Below are positions 19,301 to 29,818 of a DNA stretch of 64,000 nucleotides, in pieces. The DNA is from Promethearchaeota archaeon (GTDB lineage: Archaea > Asgardarchaeota > Lokiarchaeia > Sigyniarchaeales > SOKP01): contig JAHLWS010000065.1 of assembly GCA_019057795.1 (NCBI GenBank), positions 64,001 through 128,000 of the forward strand, read 5' to 3'. A model generated the notes under the pieces. It was not told the origin of the DNA and did no database searches. It saw only the letters and a list, made by a program, of their open reading frames with translations. Position 1 is the stretch's first letter, and every line of letters starts with the position of its first letter. Both the position numbers and the translations under genes were made by a program.

Positions 19301-20602
19301 TTAAAAATATTTGTTCAAATCTACTCTTGGGAAATCAGCTCTATCAAAACTCTTTCCTTTAGTTATAAGTGGTTTTGTTAAATCAAATCCCATTTTAGTT
19401 GTCATTTTCGTTCCCGGTTCTGCGCTAGGATCTAAACTACTTCCGGGTTCCTTATCTTTAATTATCATATTAACATTCCCTTGAAAGCGAGTTGCCATTG
19501 CCCATTCCACAGATAACGGGTCGTAAATATCAATATCTTTATCTACAATAAATATGTGTTTGCAACTACTATGGCCAATAAATGCACCATGAATAGCTTT
19601 TTTACCATCTTCTTCTGAATTTTTATCAATTTGTACAATTGCATGTAGCCATGAACATCCTCCAGGATTTATATTAACATCTAAGCACTTAACTCCAGAT
19701 TCGTTCACTTTATTGAAAATAGTGGGTTCTCTTGGCATACCCATCAATATTTTATGCTCAAGCGCACCAGGTAATAAAGCTTGCCAAATCGCGTCCTTTC
19801 TATGAGTTATTTTTTTAACTTCAAAAACTGGTTCTTCTCTTACAACATCATAAGTTTCTGTTAAGTCGACAAAAGGCCCTTCAGCGTGTTTTTCTTCTAA
19901 ATAGACTCGCCCTTCTAATACAAATTCTGCTTCTGCAGGGATTAAAAGATCAACTGAATTTGCTTTAACAACTTTTATTGGCTCTAATGCATTTGCAATA
20001 TGTAATTCATCAACTCCAATATCCACAGAAGTAGCACCGGCAATTAAAATGTTAGGAGTGTTACCTATACAAAAAGCAACATCTAATTCGCTATTTTTTT
20101 CTAAAAACGTATGAAAATGTCGACCTCTAACTATTCGAGTAGAAAATTTGTCTTTGGAAAATTGCATAGCCCGATGGAAATCCATGTTTTGTCCATAATC
20201 GGGGTCTCTTGTGATTACGACAGCAGAACTTACGTAATTCCCGCCGTCCTTTTCGCAATGAAATAAAATTGGTAATTTATCTAAATCTACGCTTGATTCT
20301 ATAACTTCTTGACAAAGAGCGTTTGATACGATTTCTGGTTCTGAGCGTTCATTTATTGCTTTTGAAAGCATTGGTATGATGTCTGCGGGAGTTACATTGA
20401 AATACGAAGCAATTACATTCTTAGTACAGAACATGTTGCCAACCAACCTGAATTCAGATTCTTTTACATTATTAAACATTAAGGGGGTTGGTTCTTTCTC
20501 TTTTAATATACCAGAAATCTCTAATTTCTTCGAAGTCTCGACATCTACCTTTTGAAGGAGTCCTTTCTCATCAATTTTATTTATATAATCTCTAAATCCC
20601 AT
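19301..20602 (-). CDS. UbiD-family decarboxylase (probable anhydromevalonate phosphate decarboxylase)
   Basis: DGGNY, HR, PAEAEFVLEG, EGPFVD, VDKDIDI, WAMATR, SSLDPS; in operon with AcnX and mvk. Confidence 0.88.
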   Translation of the reverse strand: MGFRDYINKIDEKGLLQKVDVETSKKLEISGILKEKEPTPLMFNNVKESEFRLVGNMFCTKNVIASYFNVTPADIIPMLSKAINERSEPEIVSNALCQEVIESSVDLDKLPILFHCEKDGGNYVSSAVVITRDPDYGQNMDFHRAMQFSKDKFSTRIVRGRHFHTFLEKNSELDVAFCIGNTPNILIAGATSVDIGVDELHIANALEPIKVVKANSVDLLIPAEAEFVLEGRVYLEEKHAEGPFVDLTETYDVVREEPVFEVKKITHRKDAIWQALLPGALEHKILMGMPREPTIFNKVNESGVKCLDVNINPGGCSWLHAIVQIDKNSEEDGKKAIHGAFIGHSSCKHIFIVDKDIDIYDPLSVEWAMATRFQGNVNMIIKDKEPGSSLDPSAEPGTKMTTKMGFDLTKPLITKGKSFDRADFPRVDLNKYF

Positions 20603-20692
20603 AAATATCGTCTCAAAATTTTATTTATCGTGATGCAGTTATCAATTATATTACTTTTTATTAGAGGAGTTTATGAAACACTTTTTATAAAA

Positions 20693-21985
20693 CTAAAGGT
20701 TTTTACTTTTAACTATTTCCTTTAAAACTTCCTTTGCGTAATCTACTCTTATTTTTTTATCTTCTACTATTTTATTTGCAACCTCTTCAATCAAATTATC
20801 AGGTACACCTGCTAATTTCGCAATATTACGAGAGTGAAGTGTCATATGACCTTTTTGGATACCTTCTGATGCTAAGGCTCTTAAGGCGGCTACATTCTGG
20901 GCTAAACCTAACGCTGCAGCAATTTGAGATAACTCTTCTGCACTCTTAACACCTAAAATTTTCAATGCTAGACGTGCCATTGGATGGATTTTTGTCATTC
21001 CTCCAACAATTCCAAGAGCTAGAGGGACTTCTATCTCGCCAACTAAATTACCGTCTGAGTCAGATTTAAATTTCGTAAGAGGTTTGTATTTGCCACTCAA
21101 AGAAGCATAAGCGTGAGCTCCTGCTTCAATAGCACGAGTGTCGTTTCCTGTTGCTAAAGTTAACGCTATTATTCCATTCATTATCCCTTTATTATGGGTC
21201 GTTGCCCTATAGGGATCGGCAAGCGCAAATTCATAAGCGTTTAAAATGCCCTCAACTACTTCTTCTCCACCCAACAAGTTCTTATCAAATACTGCTTTAC
21301 ATTTCGCAATTCGATGTGTAGCCAAGTTGGATACGATTCGCAAATATATCTTCCCTTCACTAATTTCTTCTATATAAGGACTTACGGCTTCAGCCATCGT
21401 ATTTACTACATTAGCACCCATAGCGTCTAATACATTAACCAGAAGGTGAAGGATTACCATTTTGCCTTTTTTGGTTTCTATTTCTCGAACCTCTATATCT
21501 AGAGCACCGCCACCTAACTTATTTAGTAAGGGGTCTTGCTCATTTGCAATTTTTAAGATTTTTTCCTTATTTCTCACTAAAATTTCCTTAGCAGCAACAA
21601 TATCTTTTAATTGAGTTATTTGTATTTGAGAAATCATGATTGATTTAACTTCTTCAGACTGAAAACCCCCGTTTTTTCTTGCTATCTTAGCTGCGTTAGA
21701 AGCAGCGGCCACAACTGAAGGTTCTTCAATCACCATGGGCAAAATATAATCTTTTCCATTGATCCTAAAGTTTAAAGCAATACCCAAGGGCAATTGGTAA
21801 CTCCCAATTACATTTTCTATTAGCGTGTCAATTTGACTGGGCGTAAAATACCCCAAAGCTTGCAATAGTTTAACTTCTTCCTGTTTTAAGTTAATTAATT
21901 TAGCTAATTGATGTTGGCGTTCTTCTAAGGATAGCTTATAAAAACCCGAAATATCTGAACGAATTTCTTGCATCTTTTTATTCAC
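20693..21985 (-). CDS. mvaA: HMG-CoA reductase, class II
   Basis: ENVIG, EEPSVVAA, DAMGANVVN, THNKGIMNG, GNDTRA, GIQKGHMTLH. Confidence 0.92.
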   Translation of the reverse strand: MNKKMQEIRSDISGFYKLSLEERQHQLAKLINLKQEEVKLLQALGYFTPSQIDTLIENVIGSYQLPLGIALNFRINGKDYILPMVIEEPSVVAAASNAAKIARKNGGFQSEEVKSIMISQIQITQLKDIVAAKEILVRNKEKILKIANEQDPLLNKLGGGALDIEVREIETKKGKMVILHLLVNVLDAMGANVVNTMAEAVSPYIEEISEGKIYLRIVSNLATHRIAKCKAVFDKNLLGGEEVVEGILNAYEFALADPYRATTHNKGIMNGIIALTLATGNDTRAIEAGAHAYASLSGKYKPLTKFKSDSDGNLVGEIEVPLALGIVGGMTKIHPMARLALKILGVKSAEELSQIAAALGLAQNVAALRALASEGIQKGHMTLHSRNIAKLAGVPDNLIEEVANKIVEDKKIRVDYAKEVLKEIVKSKNL

Positions 21986-22119
21986 ATTAATCTTAATTTG
22001 AAATTATTTATATCATCTTCTAATTGTTTTGCCTTAGATAATTTTGAACTTTTAGTTGATAGGATAGGAAGGTGAAAAATAGAAGATGTCATTATTAACT
22101 ATAATTCTAAAACATAAAT

Positions 22120-23748
22120 TTAATAAATTTTTTGAACGGGATAATACAAAGGACTCCAATTTAACAACCCGATTGCGTTGAAGTTTGTTTCTTCTTTATT
22201 TTCAAGGCGTCTTATCTCGTACTCTAAACTAGCTCCCTGTTTAACGTTACCAGCAATCCTTACTAAACCGTTATAAAGGTAATTAAGATTGTTTTCGTTA
22301 GGATTTACTATAGGTTCTGACTTTAACACCGCATATAGAGGAAAAAACTTCTCGTGTAAGCCAGAGTGACCTTTCGGACAATGGTTTAAACCTTCTATAT
22401 TAGGAAGAATGCATCCTTCGTCGCAAAAATGAAGAGTAAAACCTCTCTTATTATTCTTTTCGTGTTCGACTATTTCTCCTAAAACTGTTTTCGGTAAGAA
22501 TTTACCTGCCTTTATCTTCTCGTACTCTTGTATAGTCTTACGTTCTTTATTTTCTATGAAATCATTAATCTTGGGATGTTTGCTTACAATTTCTTTAAAT
22601 CTTTTCTGTACTTTTAGTAATCCAGAAATGCAAGTAGCTCCTGAGCCGTAAGAGCCGAAATAGATGACGTCGTTAACGTGACTATATTCTTCCATTATGA
22701 AGACTATTTGACTCCAGATGCTCGCGTTGTAGCTGTTCCCAAAATGCGAAGGCACTCTTAATTGTGGAAGTACTTTACTTTTAACATTTGCTATAAGTTT
22801 GTTTGATATGGTTTCTAATGTTTCGGAGGAATAACCCCTCTCTTTCAGTTTCAAATATAACCACTCTGGTAAAACAGTAATATCGTGCATAAGATAATCA
22901 AGCTTCTTAAGGATGGACGATTTTATTTGATTTTTTTTAACCTTTGGAAGGTTCTGAATATGTTTTATCCAGCGTTTTTGGATTATCTGTTGCATAATTT
23001 TTATTGGTAGTTTAGAAAATGGTGCGTGAAATGTGTAGTAATCAGCGTGAAAATCCCCTATATTATTAATTAAATCGTCGTATGCTTTTAATTGAAAATT
23101 GAGATAAGTATTTACTGAATAATGACCAAAAACTTTAGCATTTTTTTCATTAGCGGGGCGGAAAAAATCGTCTACATTTCCCGAAACCTTTCCAAATTTT
23201 TCACCAAAGGTCGCAACCCTAGGATTTTTTGAAATAACTAAAGCAATTGCTCCTGAACCTTGAGTAGCCTCACTTGGACTGCCTACTTGATACGAAGAAA
23301 TATCAACACTTATAACAAGAGCTTTTTTTATAATATCTTTTTCTACTAAAGCAATCGCGTTGAGAAGGGCTAAAGTCCCACCAGCACACGCATTATAAAC
23401 ATCTTGACAAACAGAATTTGTTGAAATCCCTAACAATTCGGCGAAGATGTTCGAAACAGACTTCACAGCATAGGTAATCGTTTCTGTTCCTACGAATAAC
23501 GCGTCAATGCTTTTAGGAGATATGCCTCCCTTTACTAACGCTTGATATCCTGCCTTTATTCCTAGAGAAATGATATCCTCGTTAACCTCTGGTATTCTCA
23601 TTTCGTGAACCATCAATCCTTTCTTAAATTTCCCAGGATCAACATTCCGCTCAACAGCGAGGTCCTTTAATTTGATGTAATATTTTGGGGCATAAAACCC
23701 TACACTATCGATACCGATGTCACAAAACAAATAATCGTTGTTTATCAT
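22120..23748 (-). CDS. HMG-CoA synthase with internal insertion and Cys/His-rich C-terminal extension
   Basis: EDIISL, VGTET, NACAGG (catalytic Cys), EATQGSGA, FHAPFSK, GNSYNAS, SYGSGA. Confidence 0.88.
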   Translation of the reverse strand: MINNDYLFCDIGIDSVGFYAPKYYIKLKDLAVERNVDPGKFKKGLMVHEMRIPEVNEDIISLGIKAGYQALVKGGISPKSIDALFVGTETITYAVKSVSNIFAELLGISTNSVCQDVYNACAGGTLALLNAIALVEKDIIKKALVISVDISSYQVGSPSEATQGSGAIALVISKNPRVATFGEKFGKVSGNVDDFFRPANEKNAKVFGHYSVNTYLNFQLKAYDDLINNIGDFHADYYTFHAPFSKLPIKIMQQIIQKRWIKHIQNLPKVKKNQIKSSILKKLDYLMHDITVLPEWLYLKLKERGYSSETLETISNKLIANVKSKVLPQLRVPSHFGNSYNASIWSQIVFIMEEYSHVNDVIYFGSYGSGATCISGLLKVQKRFKEIVSKHPKINDFIENKERKTIQEYEKIKAGKFLPKTVLGEIVEHEKNNKRGFTLHFCDEGCILPNIEGLNHCPKGHSGLHEKFFPLYAVLKSEPIVNPNENNLNYLYNGLVRIAGNVKQGASLEYEIRRLENKEETNFNAIGLLNWSPLYYPVQKIY

Positions 23749-24040
23749 TAGGGATCTCTCTTTTATCGCTGGTTCTAATTAGTTCGATTATTAAATTGAA
23801 TTTATAAATGTAATGTTTATTTATTCAAAAACTTATCTAGTTAAACATTTCTTAATATATGAGGTTCTTATATAAATTAAATGAGGGAATTAATATTAGC
23901 AACAGTTCAAATTCTTAAATGTGGTAATGATCCAAGAATTTGAATTGTAATTCAAATAATAAAAATTTATAATAAATAAATCTCATATTCCTATTAATAG
24001 TAGTATCAATTGTAGTAATTTCTCTAAGGGTTAAATTTTC

Positions 24041-24766
24041 TTGGAAGAATTAAAGGACATACCCGCAAATAAATTGCCTAAACACATTGGTTTAATTCTA
24101 GATGGTAATCGTAGATGGGCAAAAAAAAATTTGCTTGAAGCAAATGTGGGCCATTTAATAGGGTACGAGAATTTAAAAGAGAGGTTATTTGACTTTTTTG
24201 ACGCAGGAATTCATTATTTGAGCATTTACGCCTTGTCGCTTGAAAACGCACGGAAAAGAAGTGTTAACGAACTTAGATATATTTTTAAGATAATTTTAAA
24301 AGCAGTGGACACGGTAATAAATGAATCAACTGTAAGAGAAGAGAAAGTCAAATTTAACGTAATTGGCCGAATACATTTGCTACCTGAAGATGTCCAGGAG
24401 AAAATCAAAGAATTAATTGAATTTACAAAGGACCATAACCAAAATTTCATTAACTTGTGCATTATGTATGACGGCCAAGAAGAAATCGTAGACGCTATGA
24501 AAAAGATAACGGAGGATAATATAAAATCCGAAGATATTACGCGAGATTTAATCAAGAGTTATTTATATACGAAAAGTTTTCCTGAGGTAGATTACATAAT
24601 TCGCACTGGCATGAGCGATGGCGCTAGAATCTCGGGATTTCTGTTATGGGACGCATCTTATGCAGAGTTCAAATTTAGAACTGACCTATGGCCTGATTAT
24701 AATAAAGAAATGATAATTGAAGATATTAAAGATTATTTGAAGAGAAATCGAAGAAAAGGTAAATGA
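24041..24766 (+). CDS. uppS: cis-prenyltransferase (undecaprenyl diphosphate synthase family)
   Basis: PKHIGLILDGNRRWA, YALSLEN, YDGQEEI, IRTG...RISGFLLW. Confidence 0.92.
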   Translation: MEELKDIPANKLPKHIGLILDGNRRWAKKNLLEANVGHLIGYENLKERLFDFFDAGIHYLSIYALSLENARKRSVNELRYIFKIILKAVDTVINESTVREEKVKFNVIGRIHLLPEDVQEKIKELIEFTKDHNQNFINLCIMYDGQEEIVDAMKKITEDNIKSEDITRDLIKSYLYTKSFPEVDYIIRTGMSDGARISGFLLWDASYAEFKFRTDLWPDYNKEMIIEDIKDYLKRNRRKGK

Positions 24767-24928
24767 AAAAGAAATAAAGTTTTATTTTTGTAAAAATTTA
24801 AAATCAATTAATTTTATATTGTTGATATTAAGGTAAAATAGCACTTTTACGCATACATTATTAATTCGTAATAAATATCTGTTATGCGCAACTAATAGAA
24901 ATATTAAATTTAAATAATATACAGTAAT

Positions 24929-26815
24929 ATGGCGATCTCAGACCCTAATCAAGTAATCTCCATAACTATAAAAAAATTTCCTCAAAATCTTCTAATTCCT
25001 AATTTAAAAAATTCTGTTTCCTTAGAAGTTATGAACTATTCTAAAAAGGAGGAACATTTTAAATTTGTTTTTGAGGGAGAAAATCTAGATATTGAGGTTA
25101 AACCAGACGAGTTCAACAAAGAAATTCTATTTAAACCGGGAGAAACTAAGAAAATTGATTTAGCGTTGAAACCAACCGCTGATGGGTACGGAAAATTAAC
25201 AATTAATGCCTATTGGATGAAATTGGTCGAATATATGGTAGATGTACAAAAAGTTAGAGAGACTATTTCCGCGAGTAAAATAAATAAAATTTTAAAAAAT
25301 ATACAAGTTCTCGAATTCGATGATGGCGATGGTTTTAACTCAAAAGACTTTTTTATAACCTCTAGTAAGAGTGAAGTTAAAAAAATTGAGAAGGAAATTA
25401 AAGAGTTAATAAAAAATTATAGCGAGATACAAAAAAACTCACAAACTTCCGACACACCTTTATTAAAGGGAGATACTGGGGTTAGGCTTATTGAAATTGA
25501 TAGCCAATTAAGGGTTCTAGCAAAATCATATCTCTCGATAGGTGATTTTTTTAAGGCGTTAGAAAGCTCGTTAAAACTATCCGATGAAGGAGAAAAAATA
25601 AGGTTTTATTATAGTTTAATTAGAGCTAATGCAACAGCTAATTTAGACGCCACATTAGAAGTTATTAAAAAATTAAACGATAGAAATAAAAAAAATCAAG
25701 TAATAGAAAAAATAGCGCTTGACTTACTAAATACTAATCAAGATCAAGTTCTGACGGTTCTTTCTTTTATCGACGACGCTTCATTAAAAGAAAAAGTGCT
25801 CATTAATGTCATTAGCAGGACTCTGGATAAAGGATTTAATTTAGCTCTTAAATTTTCCGAGTCTATTGAAGATGAGATCGTTAAAATCAAAGTTTTATTT
25901 AATGTTATAAAAAAATTACATGAAAAAAATAATAATGCAATAATTCTTAAAATTATTAATCAAATCAATCAAATTATACTCAATTCCAATAAAATTGTTT
26001 TATCAGATAAAGATTATCAAAATCCTGCTTACGGATTTTTTAGAGAAACCATATGCATTTTAGCGGAATTAGATTGTCCAGAGGCTGCCGATACGGTCAT
26101 AGGGGGAATAGGTTCGGTAGAGCTAAGAGAAAGAGTTGCTAAAGACTTATTTAATGAAATTTACGAGATGGTTAAAGAGAAAAAAACTAAAGTTGAACCT
26201 ATAGGAACCTTTTCTCAATTCTTTCTATTAAATACTTACGCTTCAAAAATCTCTAACGAAATACAAAATTTTTCCCTCGTTGGAGGAAATGCAAGCAGTA
26301 ATATTCTAATGGGCGATTATAACTTCAACATCGCTCTCATATCGCTATTTAGTTTTAATTTTAGCATATTTCCAATCATTGATAGAGTTTATTCAGAGTT
26401 AAAGTACAGTTCGGACAAATTATTTGCGTATTACATCTATCCCTCAATCAACAATCACGATCAAGAAGAATTAATAGTAATACAATCCACATTAAAAAAG
26501 TTCTTTCAACCAGAAAAAATTTCAAAACAAGTTGTAGTTTTTAATTTTGACTTTATTCCCTATTTAGGAAAACCTACAGTTATTCTCTCTTCTGAATTAG
26601 ATGAGACGAATTCAATTAAAACCAAAATTATAAAGCACCTTGGAGATCGCGTTAATTTAATAATAGATGACTCGTTATTTAAGGGGGGCGAAACTGTGGA
26701 CAACCTAAATCGCATATTCTATGGTAGTAATTTTAAAATAGTCAATTTAGTTTTATCGTATGAATTCATTAACAATTACGATATGTTTAAAGCGTTTATC
26801 CAATCAATAATGTAA
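24929..26815 (+). CDS. Hypothetical protein (beta-rich N-terminus, helical-repeat middle)
   Basis: 628 aa ORF, no motif recognised. Confidence 0.65.
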   Translation: MAISDPNQVISITIKKFPQNLLIPNLKNSVSLEVMNYSKKEEHFKFVFEGENLDIEVKPDEFNKEILFKPGETKKIDLALKPTADGYGKLTINAYWMKLVEYMVDVQKVRETISASKINKILKNIQVLEFDDGDGFNSKDFFITSSKSEVKKIEKEIKELIKNYSEIQKNSQTSDTPLLKGDTGVRLIEIDSQLRVLAKSYLSIGDFFKALESSLKLSDEGEKIRFYYSLIRANATANLDATLEVIKKLNDRNKKNQVIEKIALDLLNTNQDQVLTVLSFIDDASLKEKVLINVISRTLDKGFNLALKFSESIEDEIVKIKVLFNVIKKLHEKNNNAIILKIINQINQIILNSNKIVLSDKDYQNPAYGFFRETICILAELDCPEAADTVIGGIGSVELRERVAKDLFNEIYEMVKEKKTKVEPIGTFSQFFLLNTYASKISNEIQNFSLVGGNASSNILMGDYNFNIALISLFSFNFSIFPIIDRVYSELKYSSDKLFAYYIYPSINNHDQEELIVIQSTLKKFFQPEKISKQVVVFNFDFIPYLGKPTVILSSELDETNSIKTKIIKHLGDRVNLIIDDSLFKGGETVDNLNRIFYGSNFKIVNLVLSYEFINNYDMFKAFIQSIM

Positions 26816-26845
26816 TTTAATAAGTTTTCAAACTAAAATTCAAAA

Positions 26846-28510
26846 GTGAATAAATTTATGGCTAAGGATAAAAAAAAGAAAAAGAAGAAAAGATCAGGTG
26901 GAGATGATTATGGCACATTCTCACAATTAATAGGGAAAGATACGGGACTTCCTTCAGGCGTTTATATTGGAGAACCCGTAGATAGATCTTCGGATCAATT
27001 GTTTCTTGGAACGGAATACAGAGAAGTTCTTATTCCCGAAAGACCTTGGGGTGAAATCTTAGCCGATATCGAGCATTGGACCCCATTGCCCTTCACGCAT
27101 GGAATTGAAATGGAATTAATTATCGCAGATGATAACGGTAACTACCCCCCTGGTGATGAAATGGTTTATCGGATGAAAGAGATCGTAAAAGATGCTATAA
27201 AAATCATGGACCAGATTTTATACGAAGGGAGAAGCGATTTCTTACCTGTTCCCGATTATATTCGGAAAAAAGTATTGTCAAGGCCTTATGGGAAGGATGA
27301 CATTGAGAAGGGTTTTGCTATGGTTATTCGATATTCTCTTCCAGATGGAAATGTCGTTGACATAGATACTTTTGCTCGTGACGGTAATGTTACAGCAGTT
27401 ACTTACATATTAGAACTCGTAACTCCTCCATGTGAATACGCTGAAGAACTAGCTTATTGGGCAAGCACCTTATTTCTTCTCGCAAAAATAACCTTACCAA
27501 GAGATTTACACATCATAGCTTCGGCCATAAATCCAGCTGCTAAAGAATACATGCGTGGATTGAGTCAAGCAGATCATTCGCATATCGGGTCCTTCAAATC
27601 TGATTTAGAAAAAGCACAAGCATATTGTATGATTCGCAACTTTATTCCGCATATAATTGCTCTTACATGTAATTCTCCAATTATAAATAACAAACCTACA
27701 GATGTAGTAAAAATCGTTAACAACCGAATTACAGCACCAAATTGCGTGCGTTCTTTAAGGTTGAAATATAACACTACAATGTTAAGTAATAACGACCCTA
27801 AGCATTTTCCCCCTTATTTAAATTCGGGAGACCAAGATACTATCAATTATTTTCTTCAGGTTGTCCAAAAGGCGAGTTTAGAGGATGGACGCTTCCAAGA
27901 CGTGTTTCCTTTCACAGATTGGGGAACGATTGAAATAAGGGTTAGCGACGCTCAAATTTCAATATGCCGTAGAATAGGAATCGCCTTATTACTACAAGCG
28001 ATGTGTTATAAAACTCGAAAGTTATTAGAACAGGGACTATGGGTGCCAGACGCGGGTAGCGAGACGATCGCATATAACCGAAAGACTACCATCGAAAGAG
28101 GGTTAATATCGTTATTCCGCCCTCAAAATCTTACTCGAGAACATCTCGCTCAATATGACCCAAATTTTGCAGAACAATATTTGGGACCTGAGAATCAACC
28201 TATAAGGTATATGACTCAGGCAGTTCAGAGGATGTTCTTCTACTTTAAGGATGAATTAAAAGAGCTTGGTTTTCTTTACTCGCCCTTTTTGAAACCTATA
28301 CTTCAATCGGTTTTTGGAAATGTAAGCTATGCAGAGCCTCCAATAACTGAAGCGGAGTACCAATTAAGCCTATATCAATATAAATTAGATAACAATGAAG
28401 ATCCGAATATTCTCTATGATTTAATTTATTTCACAATAGAATATTGTCAAGATCCGTTAAATAATCCGCTTACAGGCGTATTATCTCTTCCAAAAGAAAT
28501 GAGAGAATAA
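26846..28510 (+). CDS. Glutamate-cysteine ligase family (GCS2/YbdK-like) protein
   Basis: THGIEMEL, LELVTPP, HSHIG, ALTCNSP, GTIEIRVSD. Confidence 0.8.
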   Translation: MNKFMAKDKKKKKKKRSGGDDYGTFSQLIGKDTGLPSGVYIGEPVDRSSDQLFLGTEYREVLIPERPWGEILADIEHWTPLPFTHGIEMELIIADDNGNYPPGDEMVYRMKEIVKDAIKIMDQILYEGRSDFLPVPDYIRKKVLSRPYGKDDIEKGFAMVIRYSLPDGNVVDIDTFARDGNVTAVTYILELVTPPCEYAEELAYWASTLFLLAKITLPRDLHIIASAINPAAKEYMRGLSQADHSHIGSFKSDLEKAQAYCMIRNFIPHIIALTCNSPIINNKPTDVVKIVNNRITAPNCVRSLRLKYNTTMLSNNDPKHFPPYLNSGDQDTINYFLQVVQKASLEDGRFQDVFPFTDWGTIEIRVSDAQISICRRIGIALLLQAMCYKTRKLLEQGLWVPDAGSETIAYNRKTTIERGLISLFRPQNLTREHLAQYDPNFAEQYLGPENQPIRYMTQAVQRMFFYFKDELKELGFLYSPFLKPILQSVFGNVSYAEPPITEAEYQLSLYQYKLDNNEDPNILYDLIYFTIEYCQDPLNNPLTGVLSLPKEMRE

Positions 28511-28512
28511 AA

Positions 28513-28616
28513 AAAAAGTTAAAAACATTAAGACTGAAGAAAATGTTAACAGCAACTATTGAACAAGAAGGAAAAACGCGAATAGAAAATATATTTGTAA
28601 TCGATGCCCACTCGCA
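28513..28616 (+). repeat. 104-bp direct repeat copy 1 (truncated 5' end of amidohydrolase gene)
   Basis: Matches 29715-29818 with one mismatch; includes ATG at 28543 and stops within the DAHSH codons. Confidence 0.95.
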
Positions 28617-28778
28617 AACTCGATATGGAACGATCAAGAATAATAAATTAATTATCGCTGAAGAAATTTATGAATTTAAATCATACTGAAATTTATTACT
28701 AAATTAATTAAGCTGCCAATCATTATTACTAAACACGAATTTCGATATATTTTTATAACTAGAGAATTACTATCATTA

Positions 28779-29486
28779 ATGAAAATGACTATAGACCCTG
28801 AACTACTTAAAGAAATTGAAAAAACGATAGAGAAAAAAGTTGTAGAATCTTTAGAAACGATTCAATTAGCTCAACTCAGGAAAGAATTTTTAACACGTCA
28901 GGATTTTTTGGACTCTATGGATAGAATGGACAAAAGATTTGAAGAATTAATTAAGCACATGAATCTACGATTTGAAGCAATGCAAAAACAAATTGATAAA
29001 CGATTTGAAGCATCCCAAAGAGAAATGAATCAACGGTTTGAAGCATTGCAAAAACAAATTGATAAAAGATTTGATAAAGTATATGAGCGTCTTGATAGTA
29101 TAGATCTAGGATATGGATATGTTGTTGAGGGAATGGCATACTCTATTATAAAACGAGAATTTAAACAGAGAGATCTTGATTTAGATCTCAAAATAAGGCA
29201 ACACTTTACCGACGAAAATTATACTGTTCACCCTGATACTCAAGATGTAGAAGTCGATATCTTTCATATTAAACCAAACATTATAGGAGAAGCCTCACTA
29301 AAGATATTTAATTTGGATAAAGTTCGCACTTTCATAAAAAAAATTGAGTTCCTTGAGAAGACATACAAAGATAATTTTAAAAGATTTTTATTTTGCTTTA
29401 AAATAGATGATAGGATAAAAGGCGAGCTTATTAATTTACTTCAAAAATATAATATCGAATTAATAATTCCTAAAATAGATAGTTAG
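28779..29486 (+). CDS. 11-residue-repeat coiled coil plus PD-(D/E)XK-like C-terminal domain
   Basis: Repeats MDKRFEEL/MNLRFEAM/IDKRFEAS/MNQRFEAL/IDKRFDKV; C-terminal E...EVD...IGEAS. Confidence 0.7.
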   Translation: MKMTIDPELLKEIEKTIEKKVVESLETIQLAQLRKEFLTRQDFLDSMDRMDKRFEELIKHMNLRFEAMQKQIDKRFEASQREMNQRFEALQKQIDKRFDKVYERLDSIDLGYGYVVEGMAYSIIKREFKQRDLDLDLKIRQHFTDENYTVHPDTQDVEVDIFHIKPNIIGEASLKIFNLDKVRTFIKKIEFLEKTYKDNFKRFLFCFKIDDRIKGELINLLQKYNIELIIPKIDS

Positions 29487-29714
29487 ATTTTATTTTAACA
29501 TAATTTATTCTGATTTTAAGGATATAGTTAAATTTCGTGAAACAAAGGTATTTAAAGTTGTAATTTTTTAATTTCCCTTATTTTTAAATAATCCTCTAAA
29601 ACAATCTAAACGCCATAATATTTAAGGAATAACTATTACATAAGAATATATAAGGAAACAACTTGATTTAATCTAAAGTAATCAAAATTTCTTCTAAAGA
29701 AATAAGATAGAAAT

Positions 29715-29818
29715 AAAAAGTTAAAAACATTAAGACTGAAGAAAATGTTAACAGCAACTATCGAACAAGAAGGAAAAACGCGAATAGAAAATATATTTGT
29801 AATCGATGCCCACTCGCA
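29715..29818 (+). repeat. 104-bp direct repeat copy 2 (functional 5' end of amidohydrolase gene)
   Basis: See copy 1 at 28513-28616. Confidence 0.95.

Noticed and set aside
28611-28645. Possible BHB intron at the amidohydrolase copy-1 breakpoint (CTCG-CA^A)
   Set aside because: No complementary CGAG, inner stem or following exon 2; at most a remnant
28920-29080. Repeats resembling a CRISPR or tandem array
   Set aside because: They are 33-nt coding repeats of a coiled coil with no unique spacers; no CRISPR array seen in the window
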